Under the pieces are notes generated by a model. The model did not search any database, was not told the DNA's origin, and worked only from the letters and a program-made list of their open reading frames with translations. The position numbers and the translations under genes are program-made. Below, in pieces: positions 27,259 through 35,929 of a DNA stretch of 64,000 bases; within the stretch, counting starts at the first letter, position 1, and every line of letters starts with the position of its first letter. Source of the stretch: an uncultured virus (IMG/VR IMGVR_UViG_3300044513_002407) (taxonomy: Duplodnaviria; Heunggongvirae; Uroviricota; Caudoviricetes); the IMG/VR virus record IMGVR_UViG_3300044513_002407. One strand, 5' to 3'.

Positions 27259-28061
27259 ACGTCCTCAAAGAAAGATGTAGTTTCATTAAATCCAAAGTCA
27301 TCACCTGAGATAAGAAGTGAATCATCAATTACATCAATGACTCCATCATTGTTCTTGTCTTCCAATGCTTTAGCAGTGACTTCATATTGTCTGTAACGAC
27401 CTGGAACATTGAGGTCTGTGGATGTATATTCTTTTGTAATTGCCTTCTTGATAAGACCTGTATCTGAAGTAGGACCGTAGATATAAGTTTTAACTGTAAA
27501 TCTTAAGGTATATACCAATGCTCTTCTGGTATCAAAATCACCTTGGTAATCATCTTCAAATGAAATGTCATTCATTACAATAGGAACATCCTTGACAATT
27601 CCTGCTTCCTCAACTAATCTAATGCTGAGATTAAAGGATGGTTGAAAGTATGGTACAATCTGCTCTACAATTTGCAAGCAGTCATCTTGTGTTTTGCTCA
27701 AGATATTAAGTTCAAATTCCAGGTTGTATGGAACTGGAACATATGTTTTTTTAACTCCTTCTGCGTCCTCGTTAGTCAAGCAATATTGAACAGGACTTTG
27801 TTTGCGAGAAGGATCATAACTCATACCAGTCATTTCAAATGACATCCTTGGTAGAGTGATAGCGTTTGGTCTTCCGAGATCAGGTTGCTCAGTTAGACGT
27901 GCAAGAAACTTCTGACGAGGACCATATGCTAAAGGAACTTTCATCCTCTGGTATACTGATCCATCCTCATTAAATTTACGAATTTCAAGATTATTAAAAA
28001 GCGTGCCAAATCCAACAACACACTTTCTAATAATCTGATTGTATTGATAATTACCTAACAT
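27255..28061 (-). CDS. g15: Tail sheath stabiliser / terminator
   Basis: FGTLFNN, KVPLAYGPRQKFLAR, LPRMSFE, QIVEQIVPYFQP. Confidence 0.96.
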   Translation of the reverse strand: MLGNYQYNQIIRKCVVGFGTLFNNLEIRKFNEDGSVYQRMKVPLAYGPRQKFLARLTEQPDLGRPNAITLPRMSFEMTGMSYDPSRKQSPVQYCLTNEDAEGVKKTYVPVPYNLEFELNILSKTQDDCLQIVEQIVPYFQPSFNLSIRLVEEAGIVKDVPIVMNDISFEDDYQGDFDTRRALVYTLRFTVKTYIYGPTSDTGLIKKAITKEYTSTDLNVPGRYRQYEVTAKALEDKNNDGVIDVIDDSLLISGDDFGFNETTSFFEDV

Positions 28062-28063
28062 AA

Positions 28064-28948
28064 TTAACTCCTATTTCCAAATTCTCCAAATGGGTTTACT
28101 TCAGTAAAATCTAAAATCGAATCACCAGTATTCTCAAATTCAATGTTTTGAGCAAATGGATCTTCCATATCAAGTTCATCAAAGCTAGAAATATTTATAG
28201 AGAAACCAGATTCCTGTCCAGTCAATGTTTCTCCTATCTGATATACATTATAATCTGCAGTAGCAATTGGTGCTCTAAGTTCAACATAACTTTCCCTTGG
28301 AACCCATTTGTTTACCATTGCAGTAATTCCAGTAACAGACCCAACTACCATTTCTCCAATAGTAGGCTCTCCTGTTATAGATTGAGGATCATAGTAATAT
28401 TTGACAATGAATCCTTCGTTTTCTTGAGTATCAAAGATATCTACACCAGCAGTTTCATTTTCGTACTCAAACAATTCACACTTAATTTGATAAGTGTATA
28501 ATGCTCCAAACTGGTAGAATGGAACTTCATGCTCTACAAATTTAATTTCAAATAAGTTATCAGTCAATGGGAAATATACAAGATCACCCTCTTGTGGTCT
28601 AGAACCAACTTCAATGTTTTCTACATTAACCATTTGAACGGCAATAAAATCTTGAAATATTTGCCTTGACATACTTAAAGTAATCTCATCAGTAGATCTG
28701 ATTCCGAACTTAGTTAAGATATCTCCGTTTCCAGCAAATCCTTCAAAGTTTTCAAAGTATGCATATGTTAAGAATGAATCATCAAATTGAGAAATTACTT
28801 CCTCATTTAAAATAGTATCCTTACGAACTAACTTTCTCGGAATGTATAAAATATCCTGACCAAACATTTTAATGAACTCATCTACCAGCGATTGCTGGAG
28901 CATCTGTTCATTTCTAGTGCCGTGCCTAAAATAAGTATTCTTAGCCAT
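28064..28948 (-). CDS. g14: Neck protein
   Basis: YIPRK, KFGIR, RPQEGDLVYFP, FEIKFVEHE.PFYQ, CELFEY, DFTEVNPFG. Confidence 0.95.
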   Translation of the reverse strand: MAKNTYFRHGTRNEQMLQQSLVDEFIKMFGQDILYIPRKLVRKDTILNEEVISQFDDSFLTYAYFENFEGFAGNGDILTKFGIRSTDEITLSMSRQIFQDFIAVQMVNVENIEVGSRPQEGDLVYFPLTDNLFEIKFVEHEVPFYQFGALYTYQIKCELFEYENETAGVDIFDTQENEGFIVKYYYDPQSITGEPTIGEMVVGSVTGITAMVNKWVPRESYVELRAPIATADYNVYQIGETLTGQESGFSINISSFDELDMEDPFAQNIEFENTGDSILDFTEVNPFGEFGNRS

Positions 28949-28949
28949 A

Positions 28950-29759
28950 TCATCCGATCATGTCTAGAGGTGGAAGTTCATACTTAGATGACATCTCTGA
29001 TTCAATCTGCTGCAATTCTCCAACAGCATCATCATAGAGTTGTCTGCCATTCATTGTAATACCACCAGGCAATTGAGCGCCTTGGAATTTAATCAGATTC
29101 TGACCCCACTGCCTCTTGATCAATGCAGTAGTATATAATTTTAAAAAGGAATCATTATAAATTTGAGTATACTCTGTCGGATCAAGCAATCTATAACAGT
29201 CAATAATTAAGTATGCACCTTCATCGATAAGATCTTTACCTGTATCAATGTACAAGCGATCTTGACGACGATTGAAACGGTATGGGATAACTGCACCATT
29301 ATTCAAAACCATATCTAATGTTTCGAGATATGATTTAGTCATGTAGTAACTAAGAATATCAACAGATCCGAACTGATAAAGATCGTTAAGGAACAGCTGA
29401 TACTCCAATCCAAAAAGATTACTTCTAATATTACTTCCCTTAATTCCAAAGATCTTGTTTACTCCAAGAACTTGTGGAGGAATGTCAATGTAATTATTTC
29501 TTTCTACCCAGTCCCTTCCATTGATGGTGGTAGTTACATCACCAGCACTGGTTCCAAAATTATCTACATCAGCAGAAGTAAATTGATACTTCAGGAACAT
29601 TCTTTCTACGCCATCAAAATGACGCTCCTGGAATAATTGAATAGCGTCATCGATAAGATCATCAATCTGGTCATCATCGACGTTGATTTCCAGAACAGGT
29701 TTACCTAATCGACGTAAACAATATTCCTTTAATTCTGCTCTACTTGTTGGTTGCGCCAT
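28950..29759 (-). CDS. g13: Neck protein
   Basis: YCLRRLGKPVLEINVDDDQIDD, ERHFDG, KRQWGQNLIKF, YELPPLDMIG. Confidence 0.96.
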   Translation of the reverse strand: MAQPTSRAELKEYCLRRLGKPVLEINVDDDQIDDLIDDAIQLFQERHFDGVERMFLKYQFTSADVDNFGTSAGDVTTTINGRDWVERNNYIDIPPQVLGVNKIFGIKGSNIRSNLFGLEYQLFLNDLYQFGSVDILSYYMTKSYLETLDMVLNNGAVIPYRFNRRQDRLYIDTGKDLIDEGAYLIIDCYRLLDPTEYTQIYNDSFLKLYTTALIKRQWGQNLIKFQGAQLPGGITMNGRQLYDDAVGELQQIESEMSSKYELPPLDMIG

Positions 29760-29769
29760 GTATACGCAT

Positions 29770-29804
29770 AAAAATAGTCCTCTACCTTATTTAGCAGAGG
29801 ACTA
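29770..29804 (-). terminator. Terminator hairpin with a late promoter in its loop
   Basis: TAGTCCTCT-GCTAAATAAGGT-AGAGGACTA-TTTTT. Confidence 0.65.
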
Positions 29805-30371
29805 ATCCACATAATGCAACCAACCAGTAATAATATATTTTTCATGCTTCTTAGATATCTGCCCTTTATGGACATGAGTAAAGAATGCAGGAAAAATTAC
29901 AGTGTTACCTTTGTTTGCTTTAGTTGTATACTTCCAATCTCTAAACATAGTTCCACCATCAGGAACGTCATTTAAATATGTAATGTATACTAAACATCTG
30001 GATTGGTTACCAGTAAATGTAGCATCTGAGTGCCACTCTTTATACCCACCCTTTGGTTTGTAATATTGTATTTGTGGAGTTGATTGTGGGTTTACTCCAC
30101 GAATAGGAAGTTTATGGTAATCACAATATTCCATCGTGCATTTCTTAACCACTTGCATGTAGCGATCTGCTAATCTTTCTGCATGTGGATCTTCCTTAAA
30201 GATAGCACCAAGCACTAAATCTGTACTATCTTTAGTACTTTTATCAACTCCTCTAGATATTTGCCCTGGTTGAGTATTTCCTTTTTTATCATGTTTTTTG
30301 AATAACTCAATGAGTTCATCACATATTTCAGTGGAACTCATTGAGTATTCTCTAATATAATTTAAACTCAT
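29802..30371 (-). CDS. 2OG-Fe(II) oxygenase
   Basis: QYY...GYKEWHSD, YITYLNDVPDGGT, IFPA.FTHVHKG, KYIITGW (HxD...H triad). Confidence 0.9.
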   Translation of the reverse strand: MSLNYIREYSMSSTEICDELIELFKKHDKKGNTQPGQISRGVDKSTKDSTDLVLGAIFKEDPHAERLADRYMQVVKKCTMEYCDYHKLPIRGVNPQSTPQIQYYKPKGGYKEWHSDATFTGNQSRCLVYITYLNDVPDGGTMFRDWKYTTKANKGNTVIFPAFFTHVHKGQISKKHEKYIITGWLHYVD

Positions 30372-30652
30372 CCTTCAGGGGTAGCTGGAATTACATCAAT
30401 TCCAGGGATGTCTGTAAGGTTTTCGGGCATTTCATAACCAGGAGGTTGTGATGGAGATTGTCCTGATTGATCAGCAGGTCCTGCATTTTCAGGAGGATTC
30501 AGTTGAATCGTTAGTGCTTCAATTGCACCCTGCAATTTAAAGTAATCTTCTTTCTTGCTGTTAATTTGATTTTCAAGATTGCGGACTTCTTCAACAACTT
30601 CTTTTTGTTGTTCTTTGAAGCTTTCAATCATTTCTTCAATAGACATTGACAT
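30368..30652 (-). CDS. Hypothetical protein (coiled coil + Pro-rich tail)
   Basis: 94 aa, KLQGAIEAL motif, ATGA-coupled to the oxygenase. Confidence 0.75.
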   Translation of the reverse strand: MSMSIEEMIESFKEQQKEVVEEVRNLENQINSKKEDYFKLQGAIEALTIQLNPPENAGPADQSGQSPSQPPGYEMPENLTDIPGIDVIPATPEG

Positions 30653-30670
30653 AGTTCAACTCAGGTGTAA

Positions 30671-30699
30671 ATTATAGACAATTTTATTTATATTGTCAA
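30671..30699 (-). promoter_or_regulatory. Sigma70 promoter with nested late promoter
   Basis: TTGACA-N17-TATAAT; spacer contains TATAAATA (30692-30685). Confidence 0.8.
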
Positions 30700-30709
30700 G
30701 AGGGGTCGG

Positions 30710-33271
30710 TTATCTCACCAACCACTCTTCAATCTCATCATTAATATCTCTCATCTTCAACCAACGGTCACCAATGACTTGACCTTTTTTGATTCTGAGT
30801 TTACCAACAAGTCCAACACATCCCCATTCTGGGCGCTCATCTCTAGGTACATATTCTGTACTTGGATCATAATCTGGATTCAATACTGGGAATCCTAGAG
30901 TAGTATCTTCTGCGTTGGATGGTACTGTAATATCTTCAGGAACTTCATCCTTGCGATATTCATGAATCTTGTCATCACCTTCTTCTTTCCATCTCCATGC
31001 TGGAACTTGTTCCATAATCTGTCTGCCCCATTCGTCAGTTTGATACTTACCCGCCCAATAGAAATCTCTGGTGTCACCAATAACTGCAGGATTAGCAGAG
31101 ATTACACCAATAGGAGTTTCTCCAGGTTCTGCAAACTTGATTTGTTGATTAACAAGAGATACTGTATGCCCAACACGATCTTCACCATTTGGATTACCAT
31201 CTTGCCATTCAAATAATTCAGCATAGTCAGCACCTGTTGCAATGGATGTAGATTGGTCAGATCTAATTTGCCCATTACCTTGAACTCTAAATCTCCAATC
31301 ATTTAAATTGTTGGCACGTACAGCATATGCATATGATGCATTAGAACTTACTCGGACATACATTCCATAGTTAGTACTTTGCTTGTCAGAAATAAATCCC
31401 CAATCGCTATTAGAATTATCTCTCGCATAGACAACTGCATCACTACCTCCAAGTCCAGAACCTTCTCGTGCGGTTCTAGAGAAACATGCAGTACCATTAT
31501 TAATACCACCAACACGAAGACCTTCCATGTATTCTGGTCTGGTCATATTCAGACCAAGAAGTGCTCCAATCGATGGTTCTTCACCATTGACTTCCTCAAA
31601 TCTTGGACCCCAGAATTCTAAGGCAGCAGAAGGTTGTGTGGAATAGAATAGATAAACCCTTTGTCTCTGTCTATAAGTTCCTGTACCCCTCCACTTAAAT
31701 TCTGAGGCACAGTTACCGTTTGCTGAACTATAGTTTCTAGTTCTTCTACCAGTTCTGGAATCATAAATGCCACCCCATGTTTGAGTGGAGTTATCATTAT
31801 ATGCATGAATATATCCAACAGACAGATACCATACACCTTGAGCAAGGTTTCCAATACCCCAACAGTTAAAGTATGGGTTATTAGCCGCATTACCACTCAG
31901 GTAACTTGTAGTACCATTATCAGTACCATGATAGAAAGTACCACTACCTGAGCTACTATTTCTTCTAACCCAAACAATAGATCTATATGCTTTATCTGGG
32001 TTAACACCATACACGTATTTGTTCCAACCACCGTCAGAGTTGGATCCAGTATCATTGTTCAGACATCTCCAGACAATACCTCTACCATGCCCTGGAGTGT
32101 CAAACCATTGCCTTGACTGCTCATTAGCGGCACCGTTTTGTCCAAAATTTCCTTCATAGTGACCAGTTGCAGAACTATTTCCAGTAGTCCAACTTCTAGA
32201 TGTACCATAGTTTGTCAGTACTCCTGGTGCCCAAAGACCATCTGCAAAGTGACCTCTTGTTACAAGTAACTGAGATCTTGATTGATACGAACCATCAATA
32301 CCACCCCAATTTTTACCACCATTAGTAAAGTTAGGAAGAGCATCAGTTACATTACCAATGTAAACTTTGTTTCCCTGATTGATGGCAAAATTGACTTGAC
32401 CACCAGCATTACCGATAAATCTTACATTATTAGTTAACTCAACACCATCTCTAAACGCAAAAGTATCAGCACCTGGAGATCCTGCAGTTCCCGAATAACT
32501 CCTATACCAACGAATTTCATTTCTTGGATTGGTAAATGAAGAGTTATTTGCCTGGGTTCTTCCATACAGATTAAGTTGAGTTCTTCCAAAGGAAGTGCAT
32601 CTATTTCTAATTTCTACAATAGAAGAGGCATCAAACTCAGCACCACTATCAAACTTAGCAGCAACTGCACTAGAACCATTACCGTATGTTTTTACATGTA
32701 ATCTGGTATTTGCATCTGCTGTTGTTTGTCCAATCGATACCGATGCAGTCGTAGTATCAATTGGTTGCAGGGCAAGGTTATGAGCTGCCTGTAGATTATT
32801 TCTTGTAGTTGCTCTAACCCAAGAATATCCACCACCTTGATAAGTACCAAAGTCAACACAGTATCTTGCATCACCACCATCATATCGGGTAACTCTAAAT
32901 GTTGGTTCTGGAGTATCAGTATTAGCAGCACTACCAGGTGCTTGGTCTGGACCAGCAACTTCTAAGGTTGCTTTAGGGATTGGAAATCCAACAGCAACCT
33001 TACCACCAAACGGTGCTAATTGAACAATACCATCAGCATCTAAACTGATACCAGGAATACCCGAAACATCAGAAGCACTAAAAATAATACCATCAGTAAG
33101 ATTATTACTTACAGAAAATACTTGACCATTAGATCCTTGAAATGATAAAGTATTGTCATTAAGTACTCTTAAACTAATAGGTTGATTGTCAAATCCAGCA
33201 AAAGAAATTTCAGGTTCAGATGCTTGGTTCCTGTTCGGAGTTATTAAAATATTCTTATCTGAATTTGCCAT
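30710..33271 (-). CDS. Tail fibre/spike with C-terminal autocleaving chaperone (peptidase G2-like)
   Basis: MANSDKNILITPN start; C-terminal GADYAELFEW..GNP..EDRVG, IGVIS.NP..IGD, NPDYDP..EYVPR..RPEW..VGLVGKL; ATAAATA at 33296-33302. Confidence 0.85.
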   Translation of the reverse strand: MANSDKNILITPNRNQASEPEISFAGFDNQPISLRVLNDNTLSFQGSNGQVFSVSNNLTDGIIFSASDVSGIPGISLDADGIVQLAPFGGKVAVGFPIPKATLEVAGPDQAPGSAANTDTPEPTFRVTRYDGGDARYCVDFGTYQGGGYSWVRATTRNNLQAAHNLALQPIDTTTASVSIGQTTADANTRLHVKTYGNGSSAVAAKFDSGAEFDASSIVEIRNRCTSFGRTQLNLYGRTQANNSSFTNPRNEIRWYRSYSGTAGSPGADTFAFRDGVELTNNVRFIGNAGGQVNFAINQGNKVYIGNVTDALPNFTNGGKNWGGIDGSYQSRSQLLVTRGHFADGLWAPGVLTNYGTSRSWTTGNSSATGHYEGNFGQNGAANEQSRQWFDTPGHGRGIVWRCLNNDTGSNSDGGWNKYVYGVNPDKAYRSIVWVRRNSSSGSGTFYHGTDNGTTSYLSGNAANNPYFNCWGIGNLAQGVWYLSVGYIHAYNDNSTQTWGGIYDSRTGRRTRNYSSANGNCASEFKWRGTGTYRQRQRVYLFYSTQPSAALEFWGPRFEEVNGEEPSIGALLGLNMTRPEYMEGLRVGGINNGTACFSRTAREGSGLGGSDAVVYARDNSNSDWGFISDKQSTNYGMYVRVSSNASYAYAVRANNLNDWRFRVQGNGQIRSDQSTSIATGADYAELFEWQDGNPNGEDRVGHTVSLVNQQIKFAEPGETPIGVISANPAVIGDTRDFYWAGKYQTDEWGRQIMEQVPAWRWKEEGDDKIHEYRKDEVPEDITVPSNAEDTTLGFPVLNPDYDPSTEYVPRDERPEWGCVGLVGKLRIKKGQVIGDRWLKMRDINDEIEEWLVR

Positions 33272-33301
33272 CTTTTAGCGTCTTTTTCCTAAATGTATTT
33301 A

Positions 33302-34240
33302 TTAGTAAACAAAGTTATAATTTCTAACTGGATTTTCCTCAAGGAATATAAGATCATCCAATCCATATATTGGATACGTTGGTGGAGTTGAAGATGCGGC
33401 AAGAGCATAATTTCCAAGGATCATAAATCTAATATATTTGGTATCATACCTAAAAATTCTACCACTATTCCTAGATTCTGGACCCTCTACAATTAATTGA
33501 TAAGTTGTCCAATCTGTATCAGTATATTGTCTTCTACTAAACGCATAATTATATGTTCCACCTGCAGTTCCTTTGTGAACAGGAGTTCCCGCAGGAGTTG
33601 GATATGGTTCATTATATGTCCAATTTCTTGGATTATTATTTGTATCGCAAAGTTCTACCTGCCAATCTCCTTGTGCAGTTTGAACCATTGATCTATATTG
33701 AATTTGAGAATTACCTACAGACCCACCTCTAGTTCCTACTCTAGTGTATCTATGAGGAGCACTATATTTTGGATGTGTAGGTGGATACAATCCAATGTTT
33801 CTAAAATAATTTTGTTGATTTGTTACATCAGCTCCAGTATACCACCCACTAGCACTTGTAAAATACATATATGCATCGCCAGGATTCAGATCTCTAGAAA
33901 GATAACTATTACCGATACCACCACAATGTTCTAATCTGATAAAGTTTCTATCTTCGTCATAACAACTAAATCCTAAATAATGTCTTCCTAATAATCCACT
34001 CCCGCTTCTCTCAAATGTTTTGGATGAAATAGAAAATACATATCTTTTGCTAGTATCCACTGGAACCAACTGTGAAAAATTTGCATTAGATCTACTAGAA
34101 GATTCCCAATGCCAATTTCCTCTTTTTGGATCTCGGGAAGATGCATATCCACCTGCACCAGTAAAATTAGCAACAGTCCCACTTTCAAATGAACCATTAT
34201 CAAATAAACCGATGTCTTGTCTTCCGATTAGTGCTGACAT
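33302..34240 (-). CDS. Hypothetical virion protein, beta-sandwich/carbohydrate-binding-like
   Basis: 312 aa, NGSFE start motif, aromatic-rich; inside fibre cluster. Confidence 0.65.
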   Translation of the reverse strand: MSALIGRQDIGLFDNGSFESGTVANFTGAGGYASSRDPKRGNWHWESSSRSNANFSQLVPVDTSKRYVFSISSKTFERSGSGLLGRHYLGFSCYDEDRNFIRLEHCGGIGNSYLSRDLNPGDAYMYFTSASGWYTGADVTNQQNYFRNIGLYPPTHPKYSAPHRYTRVGTRGGSVGNSQIQYRSMVQTAQGDWQVELCDTNNNPRNWTYNEPYPTPAGTPVHKGTAGGTYNYAFSRRQYTDTDWTTYQLIVEGPESRNSGRIFRYDTKYIRFMILGNYALAASSTPPTYPIYGLDDLIFLEENPVRNYNFVY

Positions 34241-35016
34241 TAGATGTTAAACCTCCCTTTATATCCGACATAGTTTTCATAAACTTCTTCTGCAGTTAAT
34301 GCTTTATCCATATACATTTTTACAACTGCAATATCACCACAGAATGTTTTTGGTGAATTGGATTTTCTATTAAATCCAATTTCATATTGAACACCACCAG
34401 ATCCATAGTTCCATGCAACTGTTTGAAAAGTTGCATCTAACTGACCATTAACGTAAAATCTTTTGTTTGGGTTTAGTGATGGATCATATGTTAATACTGC
34501 ATGATACCATTTATTTTCAACTACATTAGTTGTTCCTGTATATACATAACTATCTGTAGTATTATAATGCATACCTTTAATTTGTCCTCCAATAATTTCA
34601 ATCCCACCGTTACACCCATAAGAACATCCAGTACCAGTCATGGTTCTGAATACTGGACCATTTCTGGTGTCTGCTAAACTTGTCACCCTAAACCAAACTT
34701 CATATGTTCTTGGTTGAGTGTTATTGTTCATTCTATATTCACTTGGAATAGTATGAAAAATATGTGCATTATTAGTGCTTGTTTGAATTGCGTTTGCTTG
34801 AGGATTGTCAATATTGCTATTAATAGTGAAGTATCCAGCACTATTCCAAAAACATTGCGAATTAAATCCTGATACAGGAGCAGCATCAGGAATTGTAGTA
34901 TTTGCCATGTTATACCAAATGTTTCCAGAACCTGGAAATGACTTTGGATTTGCTGCATCTAGATACAGTACGCAGGTATTATTACCATTAATGTTTGGTC
35001 CAGAATAACTTGCCAT
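34240..35016 (-). CDS. LamG/concanavalin A-like domain protein
   Basis: LYLDAANPKSFPGSG..W, TYEVWF, WYHAVLTYD, FYVNG, ALTAEEV..NY...KGRF. Confidence 0.85.
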   Translation of the reverse strand: MASYSGPNINGNNTCVLYLDAANPKSFPGSGNIWYNMANTTIPDAAPVSGFNSQCFWNSAGYFTINSNIDNPQANAIQTSTNNAHIFHTIPSEYRMNNNTQPRTYEVWFRVTSLADTRNGPVFRTMTGTGCSYGCNGGIEIIGGQIKGMHYNTTDSYVYTGTTNVVENKWYHAVLTYDPSLNPNKRFYVNGQLDATFQTVAWNYGSGGVQYEIGFNRKSNSPKTFCGDIAVVKMYMDKALTAEEVYENYVGYKGRFNI

Positions 35017-35708
35017 TAGAATCCAAACCTCCCTTTGGTTGAATTAAAATTACGAAATACTTCTTCATCTGATAATGCTTTATTGTATACTCTAATTAAA
35101 GCAATTCCACCAACAAATTGCCTTCCATTACCTTCCCATCCTATTTGTATTTCTGTCCCAAAGGTTGAATTTGTAGTATTAGTTGCGACACTTCCTTGGT
35201 GTTCATAATTTACATATTGTCTAAGAGTTGTACCATCCCAAGCACCAACAAAATGTTGCCAGGTATTTCTACCAGGAACGAATGATACTGTTTCATGATA
35301 TCCATTATTATCAGAACCATACCAATAGTTACTTAATTTATTATTAGATCTATTGAGTGAAAGATATGCTCTACTTCCTCCACTATTTGCTCTAATGATA
35401 TTCATTCTATCAGAAGGACTAGCAAGATCTGCTTCTGGATATATCCATGCTTCTAATGTTAAAGTGCGTGCTGGACTTTCAAATCCTACAGGAGAAGATT
35501 GAAATCTTTCACCTAATGCATCAAATACCATACATTGAACACCACCTCTAGTTCCTAAAGTTGGACCTGAAGATGCAGCAACATAACTACGAGTTGGTCC
35601 AACATCGTACCATCCAGTACTTACATTAAAATTACTTTTTGGGTTGGCAGCATCGAGTGCTAACACCAACCCATCAGTAGCTCCTAGTGGTCCCCAAGTG
35701 ATAGGCAT
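35016..35708 (-). CDS. LamG/concanavalin A-like domain protein
   Basis: DGLVLALDAAN, TLEAWIYP, WQHFVGAWDG, RVYNKALSDEEV..NFN..KGRFG. Confidence 0.87.
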   Translation of the reverse strand: MPITWGPLGATDGLVLALDAANPKSNFNVSTGWYDVGPTRSYVAASSGPTLGTRGGVQCMVFDALGERFQSSPVGFESPARTLTLEAWIYPEADLASPSDRMNIIRANSGGSRAYLSLNRSNNKLSNYWYGSDNNGYHETVSFVPGRNTWQHFVGAWDGTTLRQYVNYEHQGSVATNTTNSTFGTEIQIGWEGNGRQFVGGIALIRVYNKALSDEEVFRNFNSTKGRFGF

Positions 35709-35709
35709 A

Positions 35710-35919
35710 TTATTCTGGATTTACGTCATCTGGATATGCAAGGGGTGGAATTAATTCCCAAAGACCATCATCATCTTCCACCCAAACGTCTGGGTGGTCT
35801 GGGTGTGCTTGATATGCTCTAATATTTTCGGCATGGATTTCTACTTCCATACCATCAGTTTCCACCATATCATACTCAATTTCTCCGTCTGGACCAGTAA
35901 ATTTAAAACGTCTTTCCAT
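35710..35919 (-). CDS. Hypothetical protein
   Basis: Start at MERRFKF with GAGG RBS; acidic 69 aa. Confidence 0.65.
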   Translation of the reverse strand: MERRFKFTGPDGEIEYDMVETDGMEVEIHAENIRAYQAHPDHPDVWVEDDDGLWELIPPLAYPDDVNPE

Positions 35920-35929
35920 AGTTAGTTCC

